Notes under the pieces: model-generated
Told to the model about the DNA's origin: nothing
The model's database searches: none
The model's input: the letters and a program-made list of their open reading frames with translations, nothing else
Translations under genes and position numbers: made by a program
Origin: an uncultured Verrucomicrobiae bacterium
GTDB lineage: Bacteria > Verrucomicrobiota > Verrucomicrobiia > Chthoniobacterales > UBA10450
Assembly: GCA_963756875.1 (NCBI GenBank)
Contig: CAVWPA010000002.1
Location: 105,336 to 169,335 of the forward strand
Direction of reading: 5' to 3'
DNA: 64,000 nucleotides
Part shown: positions 9,265 to 18,673 of the stretch, piece after piece
Numbering within the stretch: position 1 is the stretch's first letter
Layout of the letters: every line of letters starts with the position of its first letter

Positions 9265-9666
9265 TCAAGTGATTTCGCCTTCTTGTTCCAGTTCTTCCCT
9301 TCGCGCCTCGACCATTTGATCGTGCTCGGCTTCTTCCAATCCGTCGTTCACCAGATGTTCGCCAAGCGTTTCTTCTTCCTCTGCTCCCGGTCGAGGGGCA
9401 CGGTGACCCTTGGAACCGGCAACCACGTTCCATTCCTCGGTCACGTCTGCATTGCTGGGCGTTTCCTCCGGCGGGGTGTTAAATTCCGCGCCCATCAGCT
9501 CCTGTCGGGCCTGGTTCCAGTCCTGGTCCGTGAAATCGTCGGGGTTGCGCTCGTCGATTAACGCAATTTCCCGGGCGCGTTTTTCTACTTCTTCCGGCGA
9601 CGGCACGCCCATCCCGCTGCCATGCAGGAAAATTTTGCCGCTGGGCGGTTCTGATTGGTCGTTCAT
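9265..9666 (-). CDS. Hypothetical acidic protein (DUF2934-like N-terminal motif)
   Basis: 133-aa ORF co-oriented with egtB; EVEKRAREIA...DWNQARQEL. Confidence 0.7.
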   Translation of the reverse strand: MNDQSEPPSGKIFLHGSGMGVPSPEEVEKRAREIALIDERNPDDFTDQDWNQARQELMGAEFNTPPEETPSNADVTEEWNVVAGSKGHRAPRPGAEEEETLGEHLVNDGLEEAEHDQMVEARREELEQEGEIT

Positions 9667-9731
9667 AATCGTTTAATACAAGAAAATAAGATGCAGAATG
9701 TGGAGGTAGTCGAGGAGATTTAGAAATTAAA

Positions 9732-10607
9732 GTGACGTCGGAAACGAGATCGGTTCCACTGAAACGAGGCGGTCACCTTGCGTACGGCGAGTACGGCGTC
9801 CCCCAAGGGATTCCCACATTTTTTTTCCACGGCTGGCCCAGTTCGCGAACAATGGCCGAATTGACGGATGCGGCGGCGCGCGATCTCGGTGTGCGAATCA
9901 TTTCGCCCGATCGTCCCGGGATCTGCGAGTCGGCATTTCAAATGAATCGCATGTTGCTCGATTGGCCTGAGGTTTTGGAGACGTTGGCCGATCATTTGCA
10001 GATCGACCGGTTTCACTTGCTCGCGATCTCAGGCGGCGCGCCGTACGCTTATGCGAGCGCGTGGCGAATGCCGGAGCGCGTGCGTGCGATCGCAATCGTC
10101 AGCGGCGCTCCGCCGATTGCAGATCTGAGCGATCATAGTGGACTGCTGCCGCTTTATCGGCGCATGCTGGCGCTGGATCGCAAGCATCCGAAACTATTGC
10201 GCACGCTTTTCTATATGGTGCGCCCATTCGCCATGTTTCGGATGCCATTTCGTTATATGCGAGTGCTCCTGAACATGTTGCAACCTTGCGACAGGGAAGC
10301 GTTGAGTGATTCGGTCGCGTTTGATGCATGTTTCGAAAGCCAGCGACGAGCATGGCGGGGGTCGGGTGAAGGTGTCTTGGCCGATGCGCAAATTTACGCC
10401 CAGCCGTGGGGTTTTCGATTGGAGGACGTCAAAGTGCCCGTCCGGCTTTGGCATGGGAAGCAGGACCGCGCGTTTTCATTTCACGTCGCGGAGGAAGTCG
10501 CCGGGCGGCTGCCGAATTGCACAGCGCGTTACGTCGATAGCGAAGGCCATTACTCGTTGCCGATCCGCCACATGCACGAAATTCTGGCCGATTTGGTCGC
10601 CATATAA
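9732..10607 (+). CDS. Alpha/beta fold hydrolase
   Basis: FFHGWPSSR, PDRPGI, AISGGAPY nucleophile elbow, LWHGKQD, EGHYS. Confidence 0.88.
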   Translation: MTSETRSVPLKRGGHLAYGEYGVPQGIPTFFFHGWPSSRTMAELTDAAARDLGVRIISPDRPGICESAFQMNRMLLDWPEVLETLADHLQIDRFHLLAISGGAPYAYASAWRMPERVRAIAIVSGAPPIADLSDHSGLLPLYRRMLALDRKHPKLLRTLFYMVRPFAMFRMPFRYMRVLLNMLQPCDREALSDSVAFDACFESQRRAWRGSGEGVLADAQIYAQPWGFRLEDVKVPVRLWHGKQDRAFSFHVAEEVAGRLPNCTARYVDSEGHYSLPIRHMHEILADLVAI

Positions 10608-10646
10608 CTTGCCGCGGGTCATTTTAGCGCTCAGTGGCGATAGGAA

Positions 10647-11750
10647 TTGCAGCCGGCACAGCTCCCTCTACAGTTCGGCGTGGAAGATTTCACAGCAGGC
10701 GCGATTCAAGCGCAACCGGCCCGAAGACAATGGAGCGTCGAACCGCCGTTCGATGCGCGTATTCAGGAATTGGTGCGTGAATGGGGAGCGGAAACGCCCG
10801 AACTGATCGAAGAAATCATCGTGACTGCGTTAAAAATGGCGCGGGACGAGATGAGCGTGGCGGACCTGAAGCTGATCAACCGTTCGGTAAAGGAGATGCG
10901 GTACGCGGCCAAGGTTTTCGCGCCCTATGCCCACTTTCGGAAAGTGGCGATCTTTGGATCGGCAAGAATTCCCCCCGAAGCGCCGGAGTTCCGGGTGGCG
11001 GAAGATTTCGCGCGGGAGATGGTCGCGCACAATTACATGATCATTACCGGCGGCGGTGATGGAATCATGGGCGCGGCGCAGCGCGGCGCCGGTCGCGATC
11101 GCAGTTTCGGCCTGAACATCCGGCTGCCGTTCGAACAGCGGGCGAACGAAGTGATCGATGGCGATCGAAAGCTGATCAACTTCAATTATTTTTTCACACG
11201 CAAACTGAATTTTGTGAAAGAGACCCATGCCTTCGCGCTCTTTCCCGGCGGCTTCGGGACGATGGATGAGACATTCGAAGCGCTCACTTTGATGCAGACG
11301 GGCAAGGCGCGCGTTATTCCGGTCGTGCTGCTCGACCAACCGAACGGACATTACTGGAAAACATGGATGAAATTTGTTACCGAGCATTTGCTGAAGTTAA
11401 ATCTGGTTTCTCCGGAGGATTTTTCCCTGTTCAAGACCGCCAATAGCGTGAACGAAGCGGTGGAAGAAATCCTGCGATTTTACCGTATTTATCACTCTTC
11501 GCGCTGGGTGGGCCAGCAGCTCGTTATTCGCATCAACGAGCCGTTGGCAAATAAAGCGGTTGCAGCTCTGAATGAAAACTTCTCAGACTTCCTTCGCAAA
11601 GGCCGGATCGTGCAGAGCGGCGCATTGCCTCAAGAGGAGAACGAACCTGAGATATTGAATTTGCCGCGACTTGTTTTCACGCCGCATCGGTCGAGGTTTG
11701 GGCGTTTGCGGCAGTTAATCGACGCGATCAATTCGTCCTCTCAAGCCTAA
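10647..11750 (+). CDS. LOG family (TIGR00730) Rossmann-fold protein
   Basis: VAIFGSAR, ITGGGDGIM, PGGFGTMDE; exact start uncertain. Confidence 0.88.
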   Translation: MQPAQLPLQFGVEDFTAGAIQAQPARRQWSVEPPFDARIQELVREWGAETPELIEEIIVTALKMARDEMSVADLKLINRSVKEMRYAAKVFAPYAHFRKVAIFGSARIPPEAPEFRVAEDFAREMVAHNYMIITGGGDGIMGAAQRGAGRDRSFGLNIRLPFEQRANEVIDGDRKLINFNYFFTRKLNFVKETHAFALFPGGFGTMDETFEALTLMQTGKARVIPVVLLDQPNGHYWKTWMKFVTEHLLKLNLVSPEDFSLFKTANSVNEAVEEILRFYRIYHSSRWVGQQLVIRINEPLANKAVAALNENFSDFLRKGRIVQSGALPQEENEPEILNLPRLVFTPHRSRFGRLRQLIDAINSSSQA

Positions 11751-11768
11751 TCGGATCAATTCTCGCCT

Positions 11769-11882
11769 GTCATCCCGAACGGAGTGAGGGACCTCACCCA
11801 AGGCGACGGATACGCTAGCGGCCGCTAGTATGACCTTTCACGCAATGAGGGGTTCCTCGCCGTCTTCGCGGCTCGGGATGAC
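11769..11882. repeat. GTCATCCCGA...TCGGGATGAC long palindromic element
   Basis: Terminal inverted repeat with internal GGACCTCA/TGAGGGGTTCC stem; degenerate relative at about 14973-15070. Confidence 0.75.
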
Positions 11883-11971
11883 CGCGTCAACGCGTCGACG
11901 TTCGTTGCCATATGACCGGTGCGATGGTCGCGCGCCGCGCCTTGCCAAAAACTTAATGCCGACCTGGCGCC

Positions 11972-12247
11972 TCAGTTCTGATCGAGTGCCGCGCGTTTCT
12001 CGAGAATGTAATCGTGTATCGTGTTGACCGTCTGCAACGCTTTGCCCGCGACTTCGGAATTGGGCACGCTGACTCCGAACGTTTTTTCCATGCTCACGGC
12101 AATTTCCAAGGCGTCAATCGAATCGAGGCCGAGGCCGTTTGGGCCGAAAAGCGGCAGATCGTCTCCGATCTGATCCGCGGTGGTTTGCAGCATCAAATTT
12201 TTGACCAGCATCTCTTTGATGCGCGCGCGTAGGTCGGAGTCGGACAT
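11972..12247 (-). CDS. Acyl carrier / phosphopantetheine-binding protein
   Basis: LGLDSIDALEI Ppant attachment motif; 91 aa. Confidence 0.9.
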   Translation of the reverse strand: MSDSDLRARIKEMLVKNLMLQTTADQIGDDLPLFGPNGLGLDSIDALEIAVSMEKTFGVSVPNSEVAGKALQTVNTIHDYILEKRAALDQN

Positions 12248-12361
12248 AAAACGAATGCGGAAATTGCCGCATCAAATCGAACAGGTCAATCGAAACAGAT
12301 GAGGAAACCGATCGCCCAGTGCTCTGGCCAATTTTTTCTTTGCGTCCCGCAGAGCCCGCGG

Positions 12362-12688
12362 CTACGCCTGACCGGCCGTGTCGCTGGGGGCGGCCGTTTG
12401 GGTTGGATTGGCCTGCGGCGCATCGCTGGCCGAGGAATTGTCGATTCGCGGGACGGTTGATTGGGCGGGTTGCGCAGTCGGTTTAGCGGCAGTGGTGTCG
12501 GTTTGGCCTGCCTTGTGCAGTTCGTCCGTGAACTCATCCTTGGCCTTTTGGAACTCACGAATGGCCTGGCCCATTCCCCGCGCCAGCTCGGGCAACTTCT
12601 TGGCGCCGAAGAGCAGCAAAATGACCAGGAGAATGAGAAACAAATCCCCTCCCGAGAAGAGGTTCGTTAGGCTGGCAACCAGGCTCAT
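12362..12688 (-). CDS. tatA: Twin-arginine translocase subunit TatA
   Basis: TM followed by LLFGAKKLPELARGMGQAIREFQKA. Confidence 0.9.
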   Translation of the reverse strand: MSLVASLTNLFSGGDLFLILLVILLLFGAKKLPELARGMGQAIREFQKAKDEFTDELHKAGQTDTTAAKPTAQPAQSTVPRIDNSSASDAPQANPTQTAAPSDTAGQA

Positions 12689-12779
12689 ATACAGCTGAAA
12701 AGATCAGGCCGTTTCCGCAAGTTGCAAGGCATTTTCCAGGAACCATCCCTGTAGACGCTTAGATCTGCGCCGTCGCCGA

Positions 12780-12862
12780 ACCCCAAAAGCTTTCGGGGAA
12801 GGAGACTGCCAGGCGTCTGTGCCAGCCCCGAAAGCATTCGGGGTTCACAGAAACGCCCTACA
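12780..12862. repeat. REP-like composite plus CCCC-AAAAGCTTTC-GGGG hairpin
   Basis: 12811-12862 is a reverse-complement copy of 1456-1511. Confidence 0.75.
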
Positions 12863-12919
12863 ATGCTGCAATCAGCGGATCCAACGAGTCCTGGCCTGTC
12901 CACTTCTGCATCCGGCATG

Positions 12920-14341
12920 TCACACGTCGTAATACATGCTGAATTCGTACGGGTGCGGCCTCAGGCGCAAGGCATCGTATTCCTTCTGTTTCATGTCGAT
13001 CCAGTTGGCGATGAAGTCGGCGTTGAAGACGTCGCCGCGCAGCAGGAAGGAATGATCGTTGCGCAGGGCTTCGATTGCGCCGCTGAGCGAATCGGGCACG
13101 CTGGCGATTTGCGCGAGCTCTTCCGGCGGGAGTTCGTAAAGGTTCTTGTCCAACGGATCGCCGGGGTCGATTCGATTCTGGACTCCATCGAGGCCAGCGA
13201 GGAGCATCGCGGAAAACGCGAGATACGGATTGGCTGCCGCGTCCGGTGTGCGGAACTCGATTCGTTTTGCTTTGGGGCTGGGCGAATAAGTCGGGATGCG
13301 AATTGCAGCGGACCGGTTGCGCGCGGAGTACGCCAGATTGACCGGCGCTTCGAATCCGGGCACGAGGCGTTTGTAGCTGTTCGTGATCGGGTTCGTCAGG
13401 CAGGTCAGCGCGGGCGCGTGTTTCAAAATTCCGCCGATAAAAAAGAGCGCCATGTCGCTTAACCCGGCGTAGCCGTTTCCGGCGAAAAGCGGCTTATCGC
13501 CGTTCCAGAGAGATATGTGGGTGTGCATGCCCGAGCCGTTATCGCCGAAGAGCGGCTTGGGCATGAAGGTTACGCTTTTGTTATGTTTTTTGCCGACGTT
13601 GCGCAGGATGTATTTGTAATACTGCAAATTGTCGGCCATGCGTTTGAGCGGCGCGAAACGGATATCGATTTCGGCCTGGCCGGCGGTGGCGACTTCGTGG
13701 TGCTGACGTTCGATGGGTATGCCGGCGCGCTCCAGCTCCAGGCACATCTCGTTGCGTATGTCCTGCAAACTGTCCAGTGGCGCAGCCGGGAAGTAACCTT
13801 CCTTTGCGCGGATTTTATAACCAAGGTTTGGAAATTCCTCGCGCGCGCTGTTCCAATGCCCCTCGACGCTGTCGACGTGATGGAATGACGAGTTGCCGTT
13901 GTAACTGAAACGCACGTCGTCAAAAATGAAAAACTCCGCTTCCGGCCCGAAGAACGCCGTGTCCGCGATACCGGTGCTTTTCAAATAAGCCTCCGCTTTT
14001 TCGGCAACGCCGCGGGGGTCGCGATCGTAAGGCTCGCGGGTGATTGGATCGACAATCGTGCAGATGAGGCTCAGCGTCGGTTCGGCGTTGAAGATGTCGA
14101 TCCACGCGGTCGACGCATCGGGAATAACGAGCATGTCCGAGGCGTTGATCACTCTCCAGCCGCGGATACTGGAACCGTCGAATCCGAGACCGTCTGTAAA
14201 GATTTCCTCGTTGTATTCGGTCAGTGTGGTCGTGAAATGCTGCCAGGCGCCGAGAAGGTCCGTGAACTTGAAGTCGATCAATTTCACGTTGTGGTCTTTG
14301 ATCAATTTACTGACGTCAGATGGGGTTTTGTCTTTAGCCAT
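12920..14341 (-). CDS. glnA: Glutamine synthetase type I
   Basis: [50 protein letters not shown]; adenylylation site NLYELP. Confidence 0.97.
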   Translation of the reverse strand: MAKDKTPSDVSKLIKDHNVKLIDFKFTDLLGAWQHFTTTLTEYNEEIFTDGLGFDGSSIRGWRVINASDMLVIPDASTAWIDIFNAEPTLSLICTIVDPITREPYDRDPRGVAEKAEAYLKSTGIADTAFFGPEAEFFIFDDVRFSYNGNSSFHHVDSVEGHWNSAREEFPNLGYKIRAKEGYFPAAPLDSLQDIRNEMCLELERAGIPIERQHHEVATAGQAEIDIRFAPLKRMADNLQYYKYILRNVGKKHNKSVTFMPKPLFGDNGSGMHTHISLWNGDKPLFAGNGYAGLSDMALFFIGGILKHAPALTCLTNPITNSYKRLVPGFEAPVNLAYSARNRSAAIRIPTYSPSPKAKRIEFRTPDAAANPYLAFSAMLLAGLDGVQNRIDPGDPLDKNLYELPPEELAQIASVPDSLSGAIEALRNDHSFLLRGDVFNADFIANWIDMKQKEYDALRLRPHPYEFSMYYDV

Positions 14342-14386
14342 GGGGTTTTGAGTCGCGGGTTGCTGATTGAGAACTTGGAAACAAGA

Positions 14387-14510
14387 AATGACGAAATCCG
14401 AATGGCGAATGCCGAAAGAATGACTGAATGACGAATAGCGCGGTGGCGCGGAATTGCGTCATTCGAATTTGGTCATTGGTTCTGGCTTCGCAATTCGAGC
14501 TTCGTCACTA
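14387..14510. repeat. Inverted pair of heptamer tracts (AATGACG-like / CGTCATT-like)
   Basis: AATGACG AAATCCG AATGGCG AATGCCG..., then the complementary tract; same type at 22441-22530. Confidence 0.75.
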
Positions 14511-14520
14511 AAGTCACACG

Positions 14521-14895
<375 letters not shown>

Positions 14896-15093
14896 TCAAA
14901 AGCTGAGCGCAGCACGCGCTCTCTTAGCAATGTCCCGTTGCAAATGCAATCACGATTTTTTGCAAAAGCTTCTGTCATCCTGAGCGGGGTGAAGGACTTC
15001 GCAGTCGAAGCACCGGCTTCCGGCGAAGCCGAGACCGCGCAAGGTGTTTGTGTGAGGTTCCGTCCTGCCTGCTTGCTCGCTCGCCTCGTAAAT

Positions 15094-15124
15094 TTGACGC
15101 CGCCCCCTTGACCGGTTTTATAAT
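15094..15124 (+). promoter_or_regulatory. Putative sigma70 promoter giving a leaderless dnaE mRNA
   Basis: TTGACG-N19-TATAAT-N6-ATG; no Shine-Dalgarno sequence. Confidence 0.55.
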
Positions 15125-15130
15125 CGTTCA

Positions 15131-18100
15131 ATGCCCCGCGACTCGTTCGTCCACCTGCACCTGCATACCGAGTACTCGCTGCTCGACGGTGCGATTCGGA
15201 TGAAGCAGCTGATGAAAAAGGCGGCGGAATTCAAGATGCCGGCGGTGGCGATGACCGATCACGGCAATCTTTTCGGGGCGATTGAATTTTATCAGGAAGC
15301 GAAGCGCGCGGGCATCAAGCCGATCATCGGTTGCGAGGCTTATATCGCGCCCGGTTCGCACCGGGAGCATGCCAACTCGCGGCGAGGCGCGGCTTATCAT
15401 TTCACTTTGCTGGCGCAAGACGAGACCGGCTATCGAAACCTGGTCAAGTTGATCACGACTGCGCATCTCGATGGATTTCATTACGCGCCGAGGATCGACA
15501 AGGAGCTTCTCGCCCAGCACTCGAAGGGACTGATCGGTCTGAGCGGTTGTCTTGCCGGCGAGATCAATTCGGCGATTCAATCGAATAATCTCGAGAAGGC
15601 GAAGCAGGCCGCGGCCCAGTATCGCGACATCCTGGGCCCTGAAAATTTCTTTATCGAACTGCACAACCACGGCCTGGAGGAGCAGCAATGGTGCAACGCC
15701 GTCCTGCCGAAAATTGCGAAGGACCTGGGCCTCGGACTGGTTGCGGCGAACGACGTTCATTTTCTCCGGCGGAGCGATCATGACGCGCACGATGTCATGC
15801 TTTGCATCGGCACCGGCAAGATGGTGCAGGACGAACACCGGATGCACTACGCGCCGGAACTTTACTTCAAATCGCCTGCGGAAATGCAGGAGTTGTTTCG
15901 CGATTTTCCGGAAGCGCTGACCAATACGCTTGAGATCGCCGAGCGTTGTAATCTCACGATCGAATTCGGCAAGTCGAAGTATCCGCAGTATCCGGCTCCG
16001 GAAGGCAAAACGCGGGAGGGCTACCTGCGCGACCTTTGTTGCCGGGGTTTGGAGGAACGCTACGGTGAACGCGCGCGGAACGACGATCATCTTCGGCAAC
16101 GTCTCGATTACGAACTGAGCGTGCTCGAAAAAACCGGTTTCGTCAGTTACATCCTGATCGTCTGGGATTTCATCCGCTTTGCGAAGGACAGAAAAATCCC
16201 GGTTGGACCGGGGCGCGGTTCCGCGGCGGGATCGCTGGTGGCCTATGTGCTTGGGATCACGGACATCGATCCGCTGCAATATGGGCTCATCTTCGAACGC
16301 TTTCTGAATCCGGACCGCGTTTCGCCCCCGGATATCGATGTCGATTTTTGCGAAACCCGCCGCAGCGAAGTCCTTGAGTACGTTCGCCAAAAATACGGCG
16401 AACGCCGGGTCGCGCAGATCATCACGTTTGGAAAATTGAAGGCCAAGAGCGTGGTGCGCGACGTGGGCCGTGTCATGGGCCTGAGTTATCGCGACGCCGA
16501 CCGCATCGCGAAGATGATTCCAAACGAACTGAATATCACGCTCGAGTCCGCCGCGAAAAAAAATGTGGAACTGGAGCGTGCGATCGCGAATGAGCCGCAA
16601 ACGAAGCAACTTTTCGAATACGGAAAAACGCTGGAAGGCTTGTCGCGCAATGCCGGCGTTCATGCGGCCGGTGTCGTGATCGCCGATCGCGACCTGACGG
16701 ATTACATCCCGCTTTGCCGCGACGTCAAAGGCAACGACGTCATCAGCCAGTATTCGATGGGGCCGCTCAACGATCTCGGGTTGCTGAAAATGGATTTTCT
16801 GGGGCTAAAAACGCTCACTGTAATCGAAGACACACTCACGTTGATTCGCGAGCACGAGGCCGATTTTTCGCTCAAAGGCATTCCGCTCGACGATGCGGCT
16901 TCCTTCGGGCTCTACAATCGCGGCGAGACCACCGGACTGTTCCAGATGGAATCAGGCGGCATGACTTCGGTTTCCAAGCAATTCGACGTCGGGAAAATCG
17001 ATGACATCATTGCGCTGATTGCGCTTTATCGTCCCGGCCCCATGGATCTCATCGGCGACTATATCCAGCGCAAGAAAGGCCTCACAAAAATCCGGTACGA
17101 GCATCCCTTGCTGGAAGAAATTTGTGCCGATACCTGCGGCGTGATGATTTATCAGGAACAAGTAATGGCGGCCGCCAGCAAGCTGGGCGGCTACTCACTC
17201 GCGCAAGCCGATCTTCTTCGCCGGGCGATGGGGAAGAAAGACAAGGAAAAGATGGCGAAAGAGCGCAAGAATTTCATCGAAGGCTGCGCGCGCACGAACA
17301 AGATCCCTGAAAAAAAGGCGAATGCGATTTTCGATTTGCTCGAGAAATTCGCCGGGTACGGATTCAATAAGAGCCACAGCGCGGCGTACGGACTGATCAG
17401 CTACCAGACTGCGTATTTGAAGGCGCATTTTCCGGTCGAGTTCATGGCCGGTTTGCTCAGCAACGAAATCAGCAACACCGAAAAAATTTCGGTGTTCGTC
17501 GCCGAATGCAAACGGATGGGCATCTCGATCCTGGCGCCGGACATCAATCGAAGCGGGTTGAAGTTTGTTCCGGAAAAACGTGGCGCCTGCATCCTCCCCG
17601 TGAAACCGGAAGATCATCGGCAAGATGCCGATGCCACATTCAATGCGATTCGTTACGGGCTGGCCGCGATCAAGAACGTTGGCCAGGCGGCGATGGAAAT
17701 GTCGATCCAGGAACGCGAACGGGGAGGGGATTACACGTCGCTGGAAGATTTTTGCGGGCGGCTCGGAACGCGCGTCGCGAACCGCAAAATGCTGGAGAGC
17801 CTGATCAAAGCGGGCGCATTCGATTTTCTCGGACGCGATCGCGCGGAACTTTCCGCCTGTATCGACGAAGCACTGGCGGCCGCGGCGGCAGCCCATCGCG
17901 ATCGAGCCGCGGGCCAGGTCTCATTGTTCGACGAAGCGATGCATGCGGCGACAACGACCACGCGCAAGCAGGTGAAACCGTGGAGCGATCATGAAAAGCT
18001 CTCTTACGAGAAAGAGCTGCTCGGGTTTTACGTGAGCGGCCATCCGCTCGATGCTTATGCCGATCTTCTCGCGGCGAAAAATTATCAATCGGTCGGTTCG

Positions 18101-18673
18101 TTAGGTGAGCTGAGCGATCGCGCGCTCTTCAAGACCGCCGGCGCCATCGCCCAGGTCGACAAAAAGTTTACGCGAAGGGATGGCAAACCGTTCGCGGTCA
18201 TGTGGCTCGAAGACTTGAGCGGCACGCTTGAGGTAGTGGTTTGGAACGATCTTTACGTGAAGGTTGCGGAGACGCTTGCGCCCGGACGCGTCGTGGAAGT
18301 ACAGGGAACAATCGACGCACGCGGCGACTCGCTGCGCGCAACGGCGCAACGGGTGAAGGTGCTCAGCTCGGAAAGACCAAACGGATCGGCTCGCGGGAAT
18401 GGAGAGTCGGCGAGTGGGTCGAAGGAATCGGTCGTGCTTCTGCAATTTTCGCCCGCGGCCACCGGCGATGAGCTGCGCGAGGTGCGCGAAATTCTGGCGA
18501 GTTCTCCGGGAGATCGTCGCGTGCAATTGCTGTTTGCGCGCGCCGGCGACGATCCGCTGCGGGTCGACGCCGGTGATGACGTTCGAGTGGATTTGACGCG
18601 TGACCTTGAAGCGAAGCTCGCCCGCTGGCTGGTAAGTACCAAGTCGGAGCGGCGCAGCGCAATGAACGCCTAA
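15131..18673 (+). CDS. dnaE: DNA polymerase III subunit alpha
   Basis: FVHLHLHTEYSLLDG PHP domain, GPGRGSAAGS, PDIDVDF, KMDFLGL, GYGFNKSH, C-terminal OB fold. Confidence 0.98.
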   Translation: MPRDSFVHLHLHTEYSLLDGAIRMKQLMKKAAEFKMPAVAMTDHGNLFGAIEFYQEAKRAGIKPIIGCEAYIAPGSHREHANSRRGAAYHFTLLAQDETGYRNLVKLITTAHLDGFHYAPRIDKELLAQHSKGLIGLSGCLAGEINSAIQSNNLEKAKQAAAQYRDILGPENFFIELHNHGLEEQQWCNAVLPKIAKDLGLGLVAANDVHFLRRSDHDAHDVMLCIGTGKMVQDEHRMHYAPELYFKSPAEMQELFRDFPEALTNTLEIAERCNLTIEFGKSKYPQYPAPEGKTREGYLRDLCCRGLEERYGERARNDDHLRQRLDYELSVLEKTGFVSYILIVWDFIRFAKDRKIPVGPGRGSAAGSLVAYVLGITDIDPLQYGLIFERFLNPDRVSPPDIDVDFCETRRSEVLEYVRQKYGERRVAQIITFGKLKAKSVVRDVGRVMGLSYRDADRIAKMIPNELNITLESAAKKNVELERAIANEPQTKQLFEYGKTLEGLSRNAGVHAAGVVIADRDLTDYIPLCRDVKGNDVISQYSMGPLNDLGLLKMDFLGLKTLTVIEDTLTLIREHEADFSLKGIPLDDAASFGLYNRGETTGLFQMESGGMTSVSKQFDVGKIDDIIALIALYRPGPMDLIGDYIQRKKGLTKIRYEHPLLEEICADTCGVMIYQEQVMAAASKLGGYSLAQADLLRRAMGKKDKEKMAKERKNFIEGCARTNKIPEKKANAIFDLLEKFAGYGFNKSHSAAYGLISYQTAYLKAHFPVEFMAGLLSNEISNTEKISVFVAECKRMGISILAPDINRSGLKFVPEKRGACILPVKPEDHRQDADATFNAIRYGLAAIKNVGQAAMEMSIQERERGGDYTSLEDFCGRLGTRVANRKMLESLIKAGAFDFLGRDRAELSACIDEALAAAAAAHRDRAAGQVSLFDEAMHAATTTTRKQVKPWSDHEKLSYEKELLGFYVSGHPLDAYADLLAAKNYQSVGSLGELSDRALFKTAGAIAQVDKKFTRRDGKPFAVMWLEDLSGTLEVVVWNDLYVKVAETLAPGRVVEVQGTIDARGDSLRATAQRVKVLSSERPNGSARGNGESASGSKESVVLLQFSPAATGDELREVREILASSPGDRRVQLLFARAGDDPLRVDAGDDVRVDLTRDLEAKLARWLVSTKSERRSAMNA
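17580..17637. repeat. GTGGCATCGGCATCTTGCCGATGA-type palindromic element inserted in-frame in dnaE
   Basis: 24-bp imperfect inverted repeat (17/24 matches by hand); encodes RGACILPVKPEDHRQDADAT. Confidence 0.7.

Noticed and set aside
14940..14965. TGCAA-N10-TTGCA upstream of glnB as an NtrC site or sigma54 promoter
   Set aside because: The spacing does not fit TGCAC-N7-GTGCA, and no TGGCAC-N5-TTGC is visible on the minus strand
15128..16663. 511-aa antisense ORF, and similar long antisense ORFs at 1990-2865, 3362-4378, 37495-38682 and 48702-49583
   Set aside because: Shadow ORFs opposite well-supported genes in GC-rich DNA, with no recognisable motifs
17560..17660. Intein in DnaE
   Set aside because: The insert is only about 20 aa and lacks intein terminal motifs (C/S...HN)
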